From a virus: a stretch of 64,000 nt of DNA. Location: positions 32,001 through 96,000 of IMG/VR virus record IMGVR_UViG_3300020048_000056; one strand, written 5' to 3'. Numbering within the stretch: the first letter of the stretch is position 1; each line of letters opens with the position of its first letter. The translations under genes were made by a program, and so were the position numbers. Positions 38,401 to 48,550 of this stretch are shown here, in pieces. Under the pieces are notes generated by a model. The model was not told the origin of the DNA and did no database searches. It worked only from the letters and a program-made list of their open reading frames with translations.

Positions 38401-40387
38401 TGCTATTGTGAACCAGAACCAACTTGGCATACAGACATCATTCGCAAAAACTATTGCAGATAATAGATCTGCAAACATAGTGGGAAGAACTAGAACAGCA
38501 GCAGCAGGAAAACTTCAGGGTACAGGTCTTACTGCTGACCAGATTTCAACTATGCTAGAAGATCCAAAAATAGCATATGGAATAGAAAATGTTGGTAAAA
38601 AGAGTGGATATACTCAAAGTCAATTAGATAAATTAGTAAACTCTATGAAGATTACAGGAAAGGTTTCTGATCAAGTAGCACGAGCAACAGATCCTCTTAC
38701 AGCAGCATTCGATGATATGTCCAGTGCAGTTGAATTAGCAAATACTCAAATTGCTGCACAGAATGCCCTAAAGGAAGAGGCTAGCAATCAAGCATTCCTT
38801 CTTGATACTGGAATATCAAAAGCAACAGCAGAATTACAGATGGCTCAAACTGATCAACAGATTAAGGATATTCAAAAGGTTATTGACGAAAAGCAAAGAT
38901 CTAATGATTTAGATCAACATAGTATTGATATGCTAGAGCGTAGCAAGAAGCAGTGGAATGATAATATTCAATTCCTTCAAGATAAAATTGATTTATCACA
39001 AAAGTCAGTTGATGTTTATCAAAGAGAAAACGATTTAAGAGATCAGCAGTCTAACGTTATCAATCATAGTCTTGATCAAATGTCAATTAAAGAAACAGCA
39101 ATCAACAAAGCCTATGATGACAGAATTAAGGCTTTAGATCAGGTTTCTTCAATTAACCAACACATCTTGGATCAGCAATCAGGTCAATTGAATATGGCTC
39201 AAGCATTAAGTTCTGGAGATATTTATGCTGCTGCTCAAGCACAACAAGAAATGCAGAATCAGAGTTATCAATATGCTCAGGAACAATTACGATCAAGCAT
39301 GGAAGTAGGAAAGAATAATGCTATTGCTGGGCTTACAACTGAAGGTGGATTAACAAGAGTCCAAGCAGAAAAGCAAATTGCAGATTTTAAAGAACAAAGT
39401 TACCAAAATGATCTTCTTGTCACTAAATTACAGAATGAGATTTATGCAACGACTCAATTAATGATTCCAAATAAAGAAGAAATTGCTAAGATTGATAAGA
39501 GTATTGCAGGATATACCCAAACTATTTCAGATAGAAATGACAATATCTATCTACTTCAAACAAATAGCATTGCTCCTCTAACTCAAGCAAACGCTTTAAT
39601 ACAAGAAAAATTAGATAAGAGCGCATTATCATTACGGGCTCAAGAAGCAGAAAGTAATTGGAATGGAAGAAATCAAGAGCAATGGGATAGCATTGGAAAG
39701 ATAACTTCTGCCGTTGGATTAGCAATCATCGCTCAAAGAGATGCAAGTGATGAAACATTGACATCAGTTACAAATCTAGCAAATGCTTGGAAAAATGTAG
39801 GCGTTAGTGCTGCTGCTGCACTAGATGCTACAAAGAGTGGAAAATTTGTTGCGCCAGAACTCACAGTTGTAAAGCCTTCAGATAAGCAAACAAAGGCTGT
39901 TGATTGGGCTGAATTAATAAAGAATGTCCCAGTATTAGAGGCGCTTGGAGTTGATCCATCACTAATAGCAGAAATGACTGCTGGATCTGCAACACAAAAT
40001 AGATATGCTGGTGGATCTATTCGTAAATATGCATCAGGCAACTTTGTCAAGGGTTCAGGCGGTATGGATTCAGTATCAACTAGGCTAACCCCTGGAGAAT
40101 ATGTGATTAGAAAGTCAATGGTAAACAAGTATGGTCCTGCAATGTTTGATCAGATTAACCAAGGCTCATTCTCTATGCCAAAATACAACATGAATTCTGG
40201 AAGGAATACAGGAACCATGCAGGCTGCTCCACCTTCTACAAACATCTCTGCCCCAGTGTATAATACATATAGCGTTACAGTTCCTGTAACATATCCTGGT
40301 GCATCTGCTAATGACATTGCCAATCAGGTTATGACAAGAATCAAAAACGTTGACAATAGTTCAATTAGGAGAATCAATGGATATTAA
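32495..40387 (+). CDS. Tape measure protein
   Basis: 2630 aa, Ala-rich helical, TP901-like core (..GVTAENAANGLKS..), follows chaperones. Confidence 0.93.
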   Translation: MTDVNANIKINIDSSAALAGLRNLETKINQFQRTVGSSGTAAAASQSAYNKALLDGINNTGLFSAKQVSSIDSMARFSNALDKNKLSLGEYSRYAASQLPGMSKMFRKEFDTMQQVAVSRVKTINTQYLALGKTVDGVTKAIQSTPTGLSQGMATSTAIASQKQMIFNKLIDDGSTKLLNWGKNTQWAGRQLMVGLTLPLAAMGTAAAKAFMEIDKASTALKRVYGDLSTTTAEINTNVEAVKTLGAEYTKYGIAVSDTITVAAKAAATGATGQKLMDVTRQTLRFATLGQVDYNEALSTTIAMQTAFGISNEDLGKSVDYLNAVENQTILTIQDMSLAIPRVATVVKGLGGDVEDLAIMMTAMREGGVTAENAANGLKSGLASMINPTKQASEYLGKFGINLNGIVEGNSGDLIGTVKAFGIELNKLSDMDRQRALEKTFGKYQYARMSALFDNMIKKNGQAARAMDLTGMSAKDLAAIADKELGTISESATVKFQAALENLKLTIAPLGEAFLKIATPIMGVITKIAEAFNALPDPIKNAMGIATVAIAGLGPILLMGIGLMGNLIANVIKGVQWWRRLSARIKGNAADFTHLSMAELEAQAATNALEGSTTSLTGKLLLQKSAVSALSAEYERFASVAGIASGAMGRVGGGGGKAIVRRSTPRKMATGGIVPGSGNGDTIPALLTPGESVVTKKASQKYGPILAAMNAGTLSGFAKGVTSLGGVNLPEGAMVRSNANTQAIDNYILKTKQAALAIEDETLRKKQLAKIDEKIIALSSRENADKKRYAMSMGSIAKELDMIVPHLKEVSVSAAHLTQSRGISKSGIEFLESRPGKKKGSKSQVAQGYLDIANDPTLSKHLKEYSGLTASLSQGLNTQLQTGAKVSEFNKEWSQEGSKLLPSLRKFGGYTATSAQDTQALGEFERLLGQRINNNAEVILNKTVTDKILEAETKALIGEYKNAGGAMGRVAIAANTASETVAQVAIQMSLDEAKRHSTSVVTTENERRYKRNGVTLGREDLKTGKFRPERYGEDLAKSAGIMSGGTAAKSQREAMGVRSPGKEGEYVSKMNAEGQLKGAKENAKVSAEAGAVAGKAQKTALREAAVLTPQEQYRLAQGQQRQEEKQINQIAAKRQSMVATQRTAPMQGKDTHRLRASLINKIQATSDEDILVLIKQEQSTRIAEEKTASTQRREIRAKSDREIALARNTEAADDVRVATARRQANHAQAMRTMDNIALQAGAGAAYDIGTETQIQGGGQAIKTQPKTKTRRNMTGGIRKAGGVLGMASMIPFMAQNQEGKFMGMDANMLGMGMMGGSMAAELLPSILPKILPMLLSPVGIAAAAFAGLGVAAAIMTNKMNESIKKTQEYTDAASGSANAMTNMAKALNKQSILSRGQSKAPNISGLTAKQLSYGQDYLASEQGKGLQQTIGQLSGADRQQSLKAQMIQGVAAGFITQKQAKSITIAVSKALGDPLLGSSVVASISQAFVKDGDKLRNTLATIFADTIPDYKSDPLVQKAEEAFKKYQNDLEAQKKALAAESAPGGIPSDATNAPELALTQEEVAGAFQKSATAGIKFREALVLLKESFDSGQIGQKKFEKGQKDLQSKIDETTNGIFLLSDSVSNDKLGGYFLNFAMSMGKTEEQFKATEDNIKDITKAIEVFDREDQVKVETLLKISYTSGSLTEEDISNLRTNLNSLPEEQSTRYEMLLNKEQWTPEAVKLINYLVSLPDEFEKKGTLVAETLGIQAANDWMTAMSAIQILSPKKIVVLEALIGGSGQAGLETAAKYFAYLSAIPKSQRKEFILEVKKIITTENQASYGTGSLLLGTPEKRAAGMAADSAAAEKEVAAAKAKLDAQAKAALDALGGGGGGGGGGGGGGGGSATTNALTEMNKGFIEQIKMYTNMDANLKLLNGKRQDFVKNLTKGQGIITKLRALGLSEGIITDLAAQGFGALKNAYTKYQGKGKANAIVNQNQLGIQTSFAKTIADNRSANIVGRTRTAAAGKLQGTGLTADQISTMLEDPKIAYGIENVGKKSGYTQSQLDKLVNSMKITGKVSDQVARATDPLTAAFDDMSSAVELANTQIAAQNALKEEASNQAFLLDTGISKATAELQMAQTDQQIKDIQKVIDEKQRSNDLDQHSIDMLERSKKQWNDNIQFLQDKIDLSQKSVDVYQRENDLRDQQSNVINHSLDQMSIKETAINKAYDDRIKALDQVSSINQHILDQQSGQLNMAQALSSGDIYAAAQAQQEMQNQSYQYAQEQLRSSMEVGKNNAIAGLTTEGGLTRVQAEKQIADFKEQSYQNDLLVTKLQNEIYATTQLMIPNKEEIAKIDKSIAGYTQTISDRNDNIYLLQTNSIAPLTQANALIQEKLDKSALSLRAQEAESNWNGRNQEQWDSIGKITSAVGLAIIAQRDASDETLTSVTNLANAWKNVGVSAAAALDATKSGKFVAPELTVVKPSDKQTKAVDWAELIKNVPVLEALGVDPSLIAEMTAGSATQNRYAGGSIRKYASGNFVKGSGGMDSVSTRLTPGEYVIRKSMVNKYGPAMFDQINQGSFSMPKYNMNSGRNTGTMQAAPPSTNISAPVYNTYSVTVPVTYPGASANDIANQVMTRIKNVDNSSIRRINGY

Positions 40388-41033
40388 TCCCAGTAATCCC
40401 ACAAGTACTAGTGCCTATATGTCTGGTAGAAAGCGTTATGCCAGACCACAAGGAATGCTTTGGTCTGATAATGCTGGAACAATCATTGATGGAGTAAGAT
40501 TTCCCGAAGGAACTGAGAAATCAGAGTTTATAGTTTTATCTGATCACAATAGAGCACCTATGAGTTTATCTCAACAGCGTATTGAAAATAGACAAAGAAT
40601 GGTTAATGGAACAATGCGTTCATACCATATTGCAGACAAGGTTTCAATATCTTGCTCTTGGAATAGAATTCCTTCTAGATCTTATTCAAGAAATGTTCTT
40701 TTTGACGATCTTGGTAATCCAACAACTCTCGTATCAGAGGGGGTATATGCAGAGTACTCTGAATACACCGTTGACGGTGGCGCTGGAGGAGTAGAACTGC
40801 TAGACTGGTACGAGAATCATTCAGGACCATTCTATGTCTACCTTGCCTATGACAAGTACAATAATGCATCATTTCAGGTAGGTGGTAAAGTAGAGGACAC
40901 ATCCTTTGACTTCTTATCAGTCTATAACGATGTTCGATTAATGTACTTTGCTAGTTTTGAATATTCAGTAGAAAAAAGAGGCGGGACAAATTTTGATTTC
41001 TGGTCAGTCAGCGTATCTTTGGAAGAGGTCTGA
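40377..41033 (+). CDS. Putative distal tail protein
   Basis: Directly after TMP; RMVNGTMRSY..WSVSVSLEEV. Confidence 0.6.
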   Translation: MDINPSNPTSTSAYMSGRKRYARPQGMLWSDNAGTIIDGVRFPEGTEKSEFIVLSDHNRAPMSLSQQRIENRQRMVNGTMRSYHIADKVSISCSWNRIPSRSYSRNVLFDDLGNPTTLVSEGVYAEYSEYTVDGGAGGVELLDWYENHSGPFYVYLAYDKYNNASFQVGGKVEDTSFDFLSVYNDVRLMYFASFEYSVEKRGGTNFDFWSVSVSLEEV

Positions 41034-44000
41034 TGTTTAACGATCCAACTCTAGAAACATTCCTAAAGACATCTCATACAATTGATAATGAACAGGCAGT
41101 CTGGGTGGAATGGAACCTTAATCAATCAGAGAATATTAAGAGGGTAGGGAACTATCGATACCGTCCTGGAACAAGTGACGCATACTATGGAACTATTAAA
41201 TCTATCTATCAAGACGTAGATCCAATAATTTCTGAAACAGGGTTTGGCTATTACACAGGAGCAACGGATTCAGACATTGTAATTAATGCTGGCTTTGATG
41301 ACTCAGACAATCCAGCATATTTTATTGCTCCAAAGAAGAAGATGAACCTTTTATATTCCTTGGATGATTGCTTTAAGCAAAACAGACCAAGATCTGGTAT
41401 CAATAAATTACTATACTTAGGTATTGTTGGTAAGGATTCTGGGGGGCAATATGTAGATAGCATCAACACCTTCAGAGAAATTAAATCAGCATTAATAACT
41501 GATGCTCAGTCTATTGATGGATCAATACTTTACACAGCAACAAATAACTTTATTATAGGAGATTTAGTAAAGATTACTGGAACTAGCCCATCCTCATACG
41601 ATTACCTAACTCCTCAAGCGATTACTGGTGCAGATGAAAATGGTTTTAGTATATCTGGAACAAATGCATCAGAATATATAAGTGGTGGATTAGCACAAAT
41701 GGGGTATCTTTCAACAAGTAATATTGCTCGTAGACCAAGATATTACATGGCTTCACGGTATGATGACTTTAAATATTGGACTTCCTACAGAACTCAAGCC
41801 AAAGAGCAAGTAGATGAAACTACCCTTTTGATAAAAAATGTAACAGAAGAGTTTGGTATTGCTTTAAATAACAGCACTGGCACATCATCCCCCTCTTATT
41901 ATATTTATGATACGGCACCCTTTGTAGTTTATAATGAACAAGTTCCAGCAAATAGAATTACAATAAAGATGCAAACAAACGTAGGGGAAATAAACAATGG
42001 TCCTTATCGAATGGGAGCGAGTACTCTACTGTCAGATCCATTTTATGGGGAACAGAATAAAACTGTTCCAAAGAGATGGGCCATACAGACATTAGATATA
42101 GATAATAATTGGACAGAGGTTATCTCATTTTCAGAGGATTCTTTGAGAAATGACGGTAGCCCCATTGTTGGTACAGATGGACAAGTAGAACTTGACTATG
42201 GGTTAATAATTCCAGAACTGTATAAAAATAATTTTACCTTTGTTGAAGAACTTTATTCATTATCATTGCTTCCAGATTTAGCACCATATGGATATGCTTA
42301 CCTATACAAAGAATCATCCACAGATAAAGGTGAGTTATATGTTAGTGACGGTGGATCTTGGATTCACGATCCTGCACAATACGCTTGGTCAATAGCAGAA
42401 TTAGACATTACCAAAAATACCAAGGTAATCAAAAAACTTTCAAACCCAGATTATTATATACAAGATGAAGTAACTATCTTTAGAGAATTTCAATTTATAT
42501 CTGGAATAAGAATTGTTGTTGATACGATGAATAGGATTAACTCAACATTTGATCTTATAGAAATGTCTCCTAGATTAGTTTCAGATATAACAAAAAAGGT
42601 AATTTCTTTTTCAGTAACAAAGACTTTATCAGACTTAGGCACTTATTCAATGCCGACAGGAAACCTATTGGCATCTACTGGAAATATTAGTATCTTTGAT
42701 GAGGATCTATCCTTCAATGAGAATAACCTGTTTGACCTTGAAACAAACCAAGGAAGCATTATCAGTCAGTATTCTAATACAAAGATTAAGTTTTTATTCT
42801 ATGACATTATAAAGAATATTAATGGATACGATTACTATATTCCAGTAAAAACATTATTCTCTGAGAGAATTCCACAAGTTAGTGATTCAGCAGCGGTTAT
42901 TTCAATGGACCTAAGAGACTTATTCTACTTGCTTGAATCAAAGAAATCTCCAGAACTATTATTAACGAACGTATCACTTAGTTATGCCATTACAGTATTG
43001 CTGGATAATATTGGATTTAGTAACTATGTATTTAAAAGAACAGAGGAAGATGAAGAATTAATCATTCCTTATTTCTTTGTTGGTCCAGATCAGAATATTG
43101 CAGAAACACTTCAGCAACTAGCGGTATCATCACAAACTGCAATGTTCTTTGATGAATTTAATGATCTTGTAATTATGTCAAAAAACTATCTCCTTCCATC
43201 AGCAGAGGCTAGGCCAACAGACCTAACTCTTTATGGTCAAGAGGAATTGATAGAAGGAGAAGTACTTTTACCAAACATTATGAATATATCTTCTCAAGAA
43301 AAAAAGGTATACAACGGTGGAGAAATCAATTACACTACAAGATATATCCAGAAGTCTATTGGGTCAATCTCTCAAGCACCATACATACAAGACTATAAAA
43401 CATTTATATATAAGCCAGTACTTCTTTGGGAGGTAGCAGGACAAGAAAATACAACAACTGTCAACGAGTCTGCTGGTCAGCAGTCAGGATACTCCCTATC
43501 AGCCATGCCACTAAGAACAGATCTATCTGGAGATATTCCAGCAATTGTTAATGGGCAGATAGTTAACAACTATATGGACTTTGGAGAAAGTATTTTCTGG
43601 ATGGTAAACTACAATGGATACTTTTATTCTGGTGGGGAAGTTATTAAATATGATTCAGTTGAGTATTCTGTAGCAGGAGTGGGTAATGTTTGGATATCAA
43701 ACAATCAAGAATATCAAAACTACTTTAGCAAATTAAAGTTCAATGGAAAAATGTATCCTACTGGTAGAGTTAGAATCTACGTTAACGCTCAAAACAATAT
43801 TATTAACGAGCATGGACGAGGGCAATTTGGAACAACGATTGTAGAGCATAAGGCTGGACTATCAGATTCCCCTTGGACTGATGATATACAAGTTAGAGGA
43901 TCTATTCAAAATGCAAAAGAATATTTATTTAATACAAATACAATTATCTCCTATCCAAATAACTTGGGTATAGAAAAGGCTGGAGACACTAAGATTATTA

Positions 44001-46420
44001 ATGGCGTCCCCTATACCTCAGAGTCTTATGCCATAAAATCAACAAGGAATGGCATCATTAAAAACTTTATGGCCAATACAAATATTACAGAAAATGCTGT
44101 AAATTATTACAAGACTGCTTTTTCAGGATCTGTTCAAACTTCTGCATTAATATTTAATGGACCAACTCTTCCTATAGAGATTGATCCAGTAGATTTTATA
44201 ACATACGCATACAAGGAATGTGACAAGCCGTATAAGCATTTTGGGACAAGAATGAGAATTGTTGGAAAGATTGAATCGGGCACTAACAAGGTTCAAAGTC
44301 CTATTGGATCGTTTGATTTATTCTCATCAAGCGGTACAGTATCGGGAGATCCAACTCAGCAAGTATCTATTACTGGAGGCAGTGGCGGTCTTGCCTTTGG
44401 ATTGAATAAAGACACCAACGTGGGTTATTACTTTGAGATTGCAGCCTTATCACAAAACAATTTCTCATCATATGTAAACAATTCAAATGTTGACTCCTAC
44501 ACTATTCTAAAAAGCCCAGTTGTAAGTTCAACTAGTGATACTGTTACAGTAACATTAAACAGACAACATGACTTTGAAATAGGAACAATCGTTGTAGTTT
44601 CTGGATTAGTTGATGACGATAAAAAATCAAATGATAATACAAGACTAAACGGAGAGTTTGTCGTAACAGAAATATCTACAAATAGAAAGCAGTTCAAGTA
44701 TAAAATTACTTCTGCTCCCAATGCTACAATTACCGCAGTATCTAGAATAGGATCTGGATCTAATTGGGTAGTAACCTATACTGCAAATAATTCATTTGTT
44801 GCTGGGCAGATTGTGAATATATCAGGACTATTGCCAGTAGCCTACAACATGACTGGTGCGGTAATAAGTTCTTCAACAGAGACATCCTTTAACGTAGCCG
44901 TATCATCAGACTTTGGTGCATTATCTGATCAATCAGGAACTGCAACCTATGTTCCATTAACTACGCTATCATCAAATGGAGGAACAACAACAAAAAGTCT
45001 TTCCAGTGATACGATTATTTCTAATGTATTTTTCTATAAGGTTCAATCTGGATCAAATACTGCTGATATTATTAGTAAGCAAAAAACTGGATCAACTCTA
45101 ATATTAAATACTCTCAGAGATCATAAACTAGTGGTTGGTGAAGTTATTGTGGTATCTGGTGTGGGCGGAGAATTTGACGGTAGTCATCAGATCACAGCAA
45201 TTGGATCAAAGTCTATTCAATATACTAGTACTTCATCAGGAACTATTGCTGTCACAGATTTAGATCCATTAGGACTAGCAACAAGTGTAAATAAGGTTGC
45301 AATTCCAAAGATACTGTGGAGAGGGTTTGCAGAAATCATTGCAGACGATGGAAAGTTTACAACCCAGTCAAGACTTACTACTGCTGGAGGAACAACCGTA
45401 TATGACCTTTCCGCAGAATATATAGATATTGGAACTAGTCGTCAGTTCTACTTATACTTAAATAATAAGCAGGTAGCCGTAGTTACAGATGAAAGTCCAT
45501 TACCACAATACAATAACCTAGCATTGTTTGTTCGCGGATCTTCCCGTGCAATGTTTGAGAATGTCTTTGCTCTTTCAGATGACCTTGCAACTAATACGGC
45601 GAGAGCATTACAACTACCAATATCTAAGATCTTTGGAGATAGCCTTATTACTGAATCAGAGGCAATTAAAAAGTTTGCCATTAGTGGAATAGTTCAGAAT
45701 ACATACCTATCTGGAATCAGTTCAGAGAGTCCTCCAGCATATAGTTTGTATTATGAAGAATTTGGAACAATCATGCGTGAAGCAGCATACTTTAATATTA
45801 GATATGATCGTGCATACCCTGCACTTTATGCCAAATTAGCAGAAACCATGAACAGGGTTCGTGGATATACATTATCAGGATTCATTGCTGGATCTTATGG
45901 AGCAGAGTTTTTAATCTTCAACGCTATAGACAAGAATCTACTTTTAGATGATACTTCTGGAAACTATTTAAGAATCCTAGGAATTGCCTTTACCCAAAAC
46001 ACAACACACAGTTTAAAGGTGGATGACTTCTTTAAAAAGAATAGCAATTTTGCAGAAGGTATGTATAATGGGACATCTAATGCTGGACAATACCAACAGA
46101 TGTATACTGACATACAAAATAGTAGAAATAAGTATGGTAGAAATGACTTTACAATTGACACTCAATATGTTCAGACAGATGCGGCGGCAGAATCAATGAT
46201 GGACTGGATCATCAAGAAAGTCATTAGTCCAAGAAAGACGGTAGGAGTTACAGTCTTTGGAACTCCACACTTACAACTAGGAGATATTGTAAACCTTAAT
46301 TACAAGAGTAGTGGAATAGATATTGTTACACCTCCCACAACTAGGTTCGTTGTGTACAATATAGAATATCAGAAGAGTAGTGGTTCAGTTTCAACTACAA
46401 TTCATTTAGCGGAGGTTTAA
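41033..46420 (+). CDS. Large tail tip/hub protein
   Basis: 1795 aa; hub-like LQQLAV..MFFDEFN and PHLQLGDIV; internal repeated beta domains. Confidence 0.7.
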   Translation: MFNDPTLETFLKTSHTIDNEQAVWVEWNLNQSENIKRVGNYRYRPGTSDAYYGTIKSIYQDVDPIISETGFGYYTGATDSDIVINAGFDDSDNPAYFIAPKKKMNLLYSLDDCFKQNRPRSGINKLLYLGIVGKDSGGQYVDSINTFREIKSALITDAQSIDGSILYTATNNFIIGDLVKITGTSPSSYDYLTPQAITGADENGFSISGTNASEYISGGLAQMGYLSTSNIARRPRYYMASRYDDFKYWTSYRTQAKEQVDETTLLIKNVTEEFGIALNNSTGTSSPSYYIYDTAPFVVYNEQVPANRITIKMQTNVGEINNGPYRMGASTLLSDPFYGEQNKTVPKRWAIQTLDIDNNWTEVISFSEDSLRNDGSPIVGTDGQVELDYGLIIPELYKNNFTFVEELYSLSLLPDLAPYGYAYLYKESSTDKGELYVSDGGSWIHDPAQYAWSIAELDITKNTKVIKKLSNPDYYIQDEVTIFREFQFISGIRIVVDTMNRINSTFDLIEMSPRLVSDITKKVISFSVTKTLSDLGTYSMPTGNLLASTGNISIFDEDLSFNENNLFDLETNQGSIISQYSNTKIKFLFYDIIKNINGYDYYIPVKTLFSERIPQVSDSAAVISMDLRDLFYLLESKKSPELLLTNVSLSYAITVLLDNIGFSNYVFKRTEEDEELIIPYFFVGPDQNIAETLQQLAVSSQTAMFFDEFNDLVIMSKNYLLPSAEARPTDLTLYGQEELIEGEVLLPNIMNISSQEKKVYNGGEINYTTRYIQKSIGSISQAPYIQDYKTFIYKPVLLWEVAGQENTTTVNESAGQQSGYSLSAMPLRTDLSGDIPAIVNGQIVNNYMDFGESIFWMVNYNGYFYSGGEVIKYDSVEYSVAGVGNVWISNNQEYQNYFSKLKFNGKMYPTGRVRIYVNAQNNIINEHGRGQFGTTIVEHKAGLSDSPWTDDIQVRGSIQNAKEYLFNTNTIISYPNNLGIEKAGDTKIINGVPYTSESYAIKSTRNGIIKNFMANTNITENAVNYYKTAFSGSVQTSALIFNGPTLPIEIDPVDFITYAYKECDKPYKHFGTRMRIVGKIESGTNKVQSPIGSFDLFSSSGTVSGDPTQQVSITGGSGGLAFGLNKDTNVGYYFEIAALSQNNFSSYVNNSNVDSYTILKSPVVSSTSDTVTVTLNRQHDFEIGTIVVVSGLVDDDKKSNDNTRLNGEFVVTEISTNRKQFKYKITSAPNATITAVSRIGSGSNWVVTYTANNSFVAGQIVNISGLLPVAYNMTGAVISSSTETSFNVAVSSDFGALSDQSGTATYVPLTTLSSNGGTTTKSLSSDTIISNVFFYKVQSGSNTADIISKQKTGSTLILNTLRDHKLVVGEVIVVSGVGGEFDGSHQITAIGSKSIQYTSTSSGTIAVTDLDPLGLATSVNKVAIPKILWRGFAEIIADDGKFTTQSRLTTAGGTTVYDLSAEYIDIGTSRQFYLYLNNKQVAVVTDESPLPQYNNLALFVRGSSRAMFENVFALSDDLATNTARALQLPISKIFGDSLITESEAIKKFAISGIVQNTYLSGISSESPPAYSLYYEEFGTIMREAAYFNIRYDRAYPALYAKLAETMNRVRGYTLSGFIAGSYGAEFLIFNAIDKNLLLDDTSGNYLRILGIAFTQNTTHSLKVDDFFKKNSNFAEGMYNGTSNAGQYQQMYTDIQNSRNKYGRNDFTIDTQYVQTDAAAESMMDWIIKKVISPRKTVGVTVFGTPHLQLGDIVNLNYKSSGIDIVTPPTTRFVVYNIEYQKSSGSVSTTIHLAEV

Positions 46421-46421
46421 T

Positions 46422-47123
46422 ATGGGCGCTTGGCAAGATATGGTCAATGCGGTAGCCGCAGCAAACACTGCATATGAAAATGCTCAAAACGCTAGAGTTA
46501 TCAATGGCCAGCAAGGTATGCTTGCTACCTATGGACCAGATACTGCTGGCATGAGAGCGGCAGTTGAAGCCAGAGATGCTGCTCAGAGAGCATATGATGC
46601 TAGTCAGGCATCTGTGTCAGTTAATCAAGCATCTCCTGCGCCACCCCCTGCTGCATCAGCACCTATCCCTGCCCCTCCTCCAGCACCAGTACTTCCCCAA
46701 TTCAGACAGATGCAGCCAAACTACAAGACTTTTAAAGTTGCTCCCATAGACACTATTCAGTTTGATGATAATGCCGTAGAAATAGCAATGATAACTGATC
46801 TATTGTTTGAAGATATTGGGGCAGTCGAATTAGCCAATATTTCTCGTACAGATCTTATTGACGGAATAGAAGTCCTCTATGCACCAATTAAAAATCTTTC
46901 AATAATGAGAAGAGACTATAATCCAAACAACATTGTTGCTACGTCCTACTCTACTGACTATTTCTCAAGGTTCGGAATAGATCTATCGACTAAGGGTATC
47001 CATGAACCCTACTTTGATGATAATGGAAACCTTGTTGTAGAGATTGATATTGTATCAAGTGAAGAGGAAATTCAAGTTCAAATATTGACGAATGGTACAA
47101 TTAGCGAGGTGAATGACATATGA
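46422..47123 (+). CDS. Minor tail protein with Ala/Pro-rich N-terminus
   Basis: Synteny; LLFEDIGAVEL. Confidence 0.55.
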   Translation: MGAWQDMVNAVAAANTAYENAQNARVINGQQGMLATYGPDTAGMRAAVEARDAAQRAYDASQASVSVNQASPAPPPAASAPIPAPPPAPVLPQFRQMQPNYKTFKVAPIDTIQFDDNAVEIAMITDLLFEDIGAVELANISRTDLIDGIEVLYAPIKNLSIMRRDYNPNNIVATSYSTDYFSRFGIDLSTKGIHEPYFDDNGNLVVEIDIVSSEEEIQVQILTNGTISEVNDI

Positions 47124-48550
47124 TTACAAACGATGGTAAAGAAATTATCTCGAAATTCTTATTAGGACAAGTTCCTTCTTATGCAACGCATCTATCAATC
47201 GGATGTGGTGCAGTGCCTTTAGCATTAGATGAAAATCTTCCAGTAAACCTTCATGCAAAGCAGATGATGGATTTTGAAATGACTCGTGTTCCTATCTCAT
47301 CAAAAGGATTTACCGATGATTCTAAAACTTATTCCATCAGTTTTAAAGCAGTGGATTCAAATGTTGTAACCTTGACGACATCTACAGCCCATGACATTGT
47401 TGCTGGGGAAACAGTTATTATATCTGGGGTAGATTCTATACTTGATGGACAGTATAGAGTAACTGGAACAAATTATCCAACTAATACTACATTTAGTTAT
47501 TCTTTAGTTACAGTAGATATTCTTTCTCCTTTGCCAGTATCTCCAGTAGGCTCAGTAATAGTTTCAAGAACAAAGATATCTCTTACCGCAGAAATACCAA
47601 GTGATAATAGATACGAAATAACCGAGGTTGCCATATGGTCTGCGGGAAGTAATAGTTTGGCATCTCAATATGAAAGTAGAGTTATGTTTAATTTTACTCA
47701 ATCTTGGCAGAAGCATTTTGGTGTCGCTGGTGCAGGTTCAACTATCGAATCTATCCCATTGAATACTAACTTGGGCTATGATTCTGAAACTAAATTAACA
47801 GGTGTAGATATTAAGGAGCCCTCGAATCTATTTTTTGCAGAAACTAACGACCCAATATTTCAAACAACTGATCGTAAGGATAGGAAGGAAGGCCCAAGGC
47901 ATCTAAATAGAACGCTAATGGCCAAGGGGAACCTTTCAGTAATAAATATGCCAGATGGATTAGATGGTAATTGGGTAGTAGATCCTGAGAATGCTACACA
48001 CGCACAATTAGACAATATTAACTTTGATATATCTGGAAACAATACTGCGGACATCCTAAAGTTAGCATTCTCTCTAGTTGATAAAACATCAATAGATATG
48101 GCTCCCGTTTCAGATATAAAGATACTAATAGAATTTTATAAAACTAGGGTAAATACTACAAGTGGCTACGCTAAAGCACAGATTTATATTCCTGGATCGT
48201 ATTTTGCTACAGATAGATATAATGTTTCTTCTTGGGAAATATCTCAGAGCATTGATTATAGCAATGAGGCGGCAAGTTTGAGTCTTCCTTATACTCGTTT
48301 CTTTACTTCAGCAGATTTTAGTTCATCAGAAGTAAGACTATGTAGAATCTTTGTTGATGTAACAGAAACTTCAGAGGAAGATGGAAGTCATTATATTGCT
48401 TTTGATGGTTTTAGAATTGAAAATACAACAGAAAATCCAGTATATAAGATGTCTGGATACTCTGTAATTAAGTATGATGGATATCCCATTATTAAATCTG
48501 CAAATACAAATAATTATGTTGACTTTAGATTCTCTCTTGGAGTATCATAA
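47120..48550 (+). CDS. Minor tail/baseplate protein
   Basis: MITNDGKEIISKFL..DFEMTRVP..YEITEV. Confidence 0.6.
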   Translation: MITNDGKEIISKFLLGQVPSYATHLSIGCGAVPLALDENLPVNLHAKQMMDFEMTRVPISSKGFTDDSKTYSISFKAVDSNVVTLTTSTAHDIVAGETVIISGVDSILDGQYRVTGTNYPTNTTFSYSLVTVDILSPLPVSPVGSVIVSRTKISLTAEIPSDNRYEITEVAIWSAGSNSLASQYESRVMFNFTQSWQKHFGVAGAGSTIESIPLNTNLGYDSETKLTGVDIKEPSNLFFAETNDPIFQTTDRKDRKEGPRHLNRTLMAKGNLSVINMPDGLDGNWVVDPENATHAQLDNINFDISGNNTADILKLAFSLVDKTSIDMAPVSDIKILIEFYKTRVNTTSGYAKAQIYIPGSYFATDRYNVSSWEISQSIDYSNEAASLSLPYTRFFTSADFSSSEVRLCRIFVDVTETSEEDGSHYIAFDGFRIENTTENPVYKMSGYSVIKYDGYPIIKSANTNNYVDFRFSLGVS

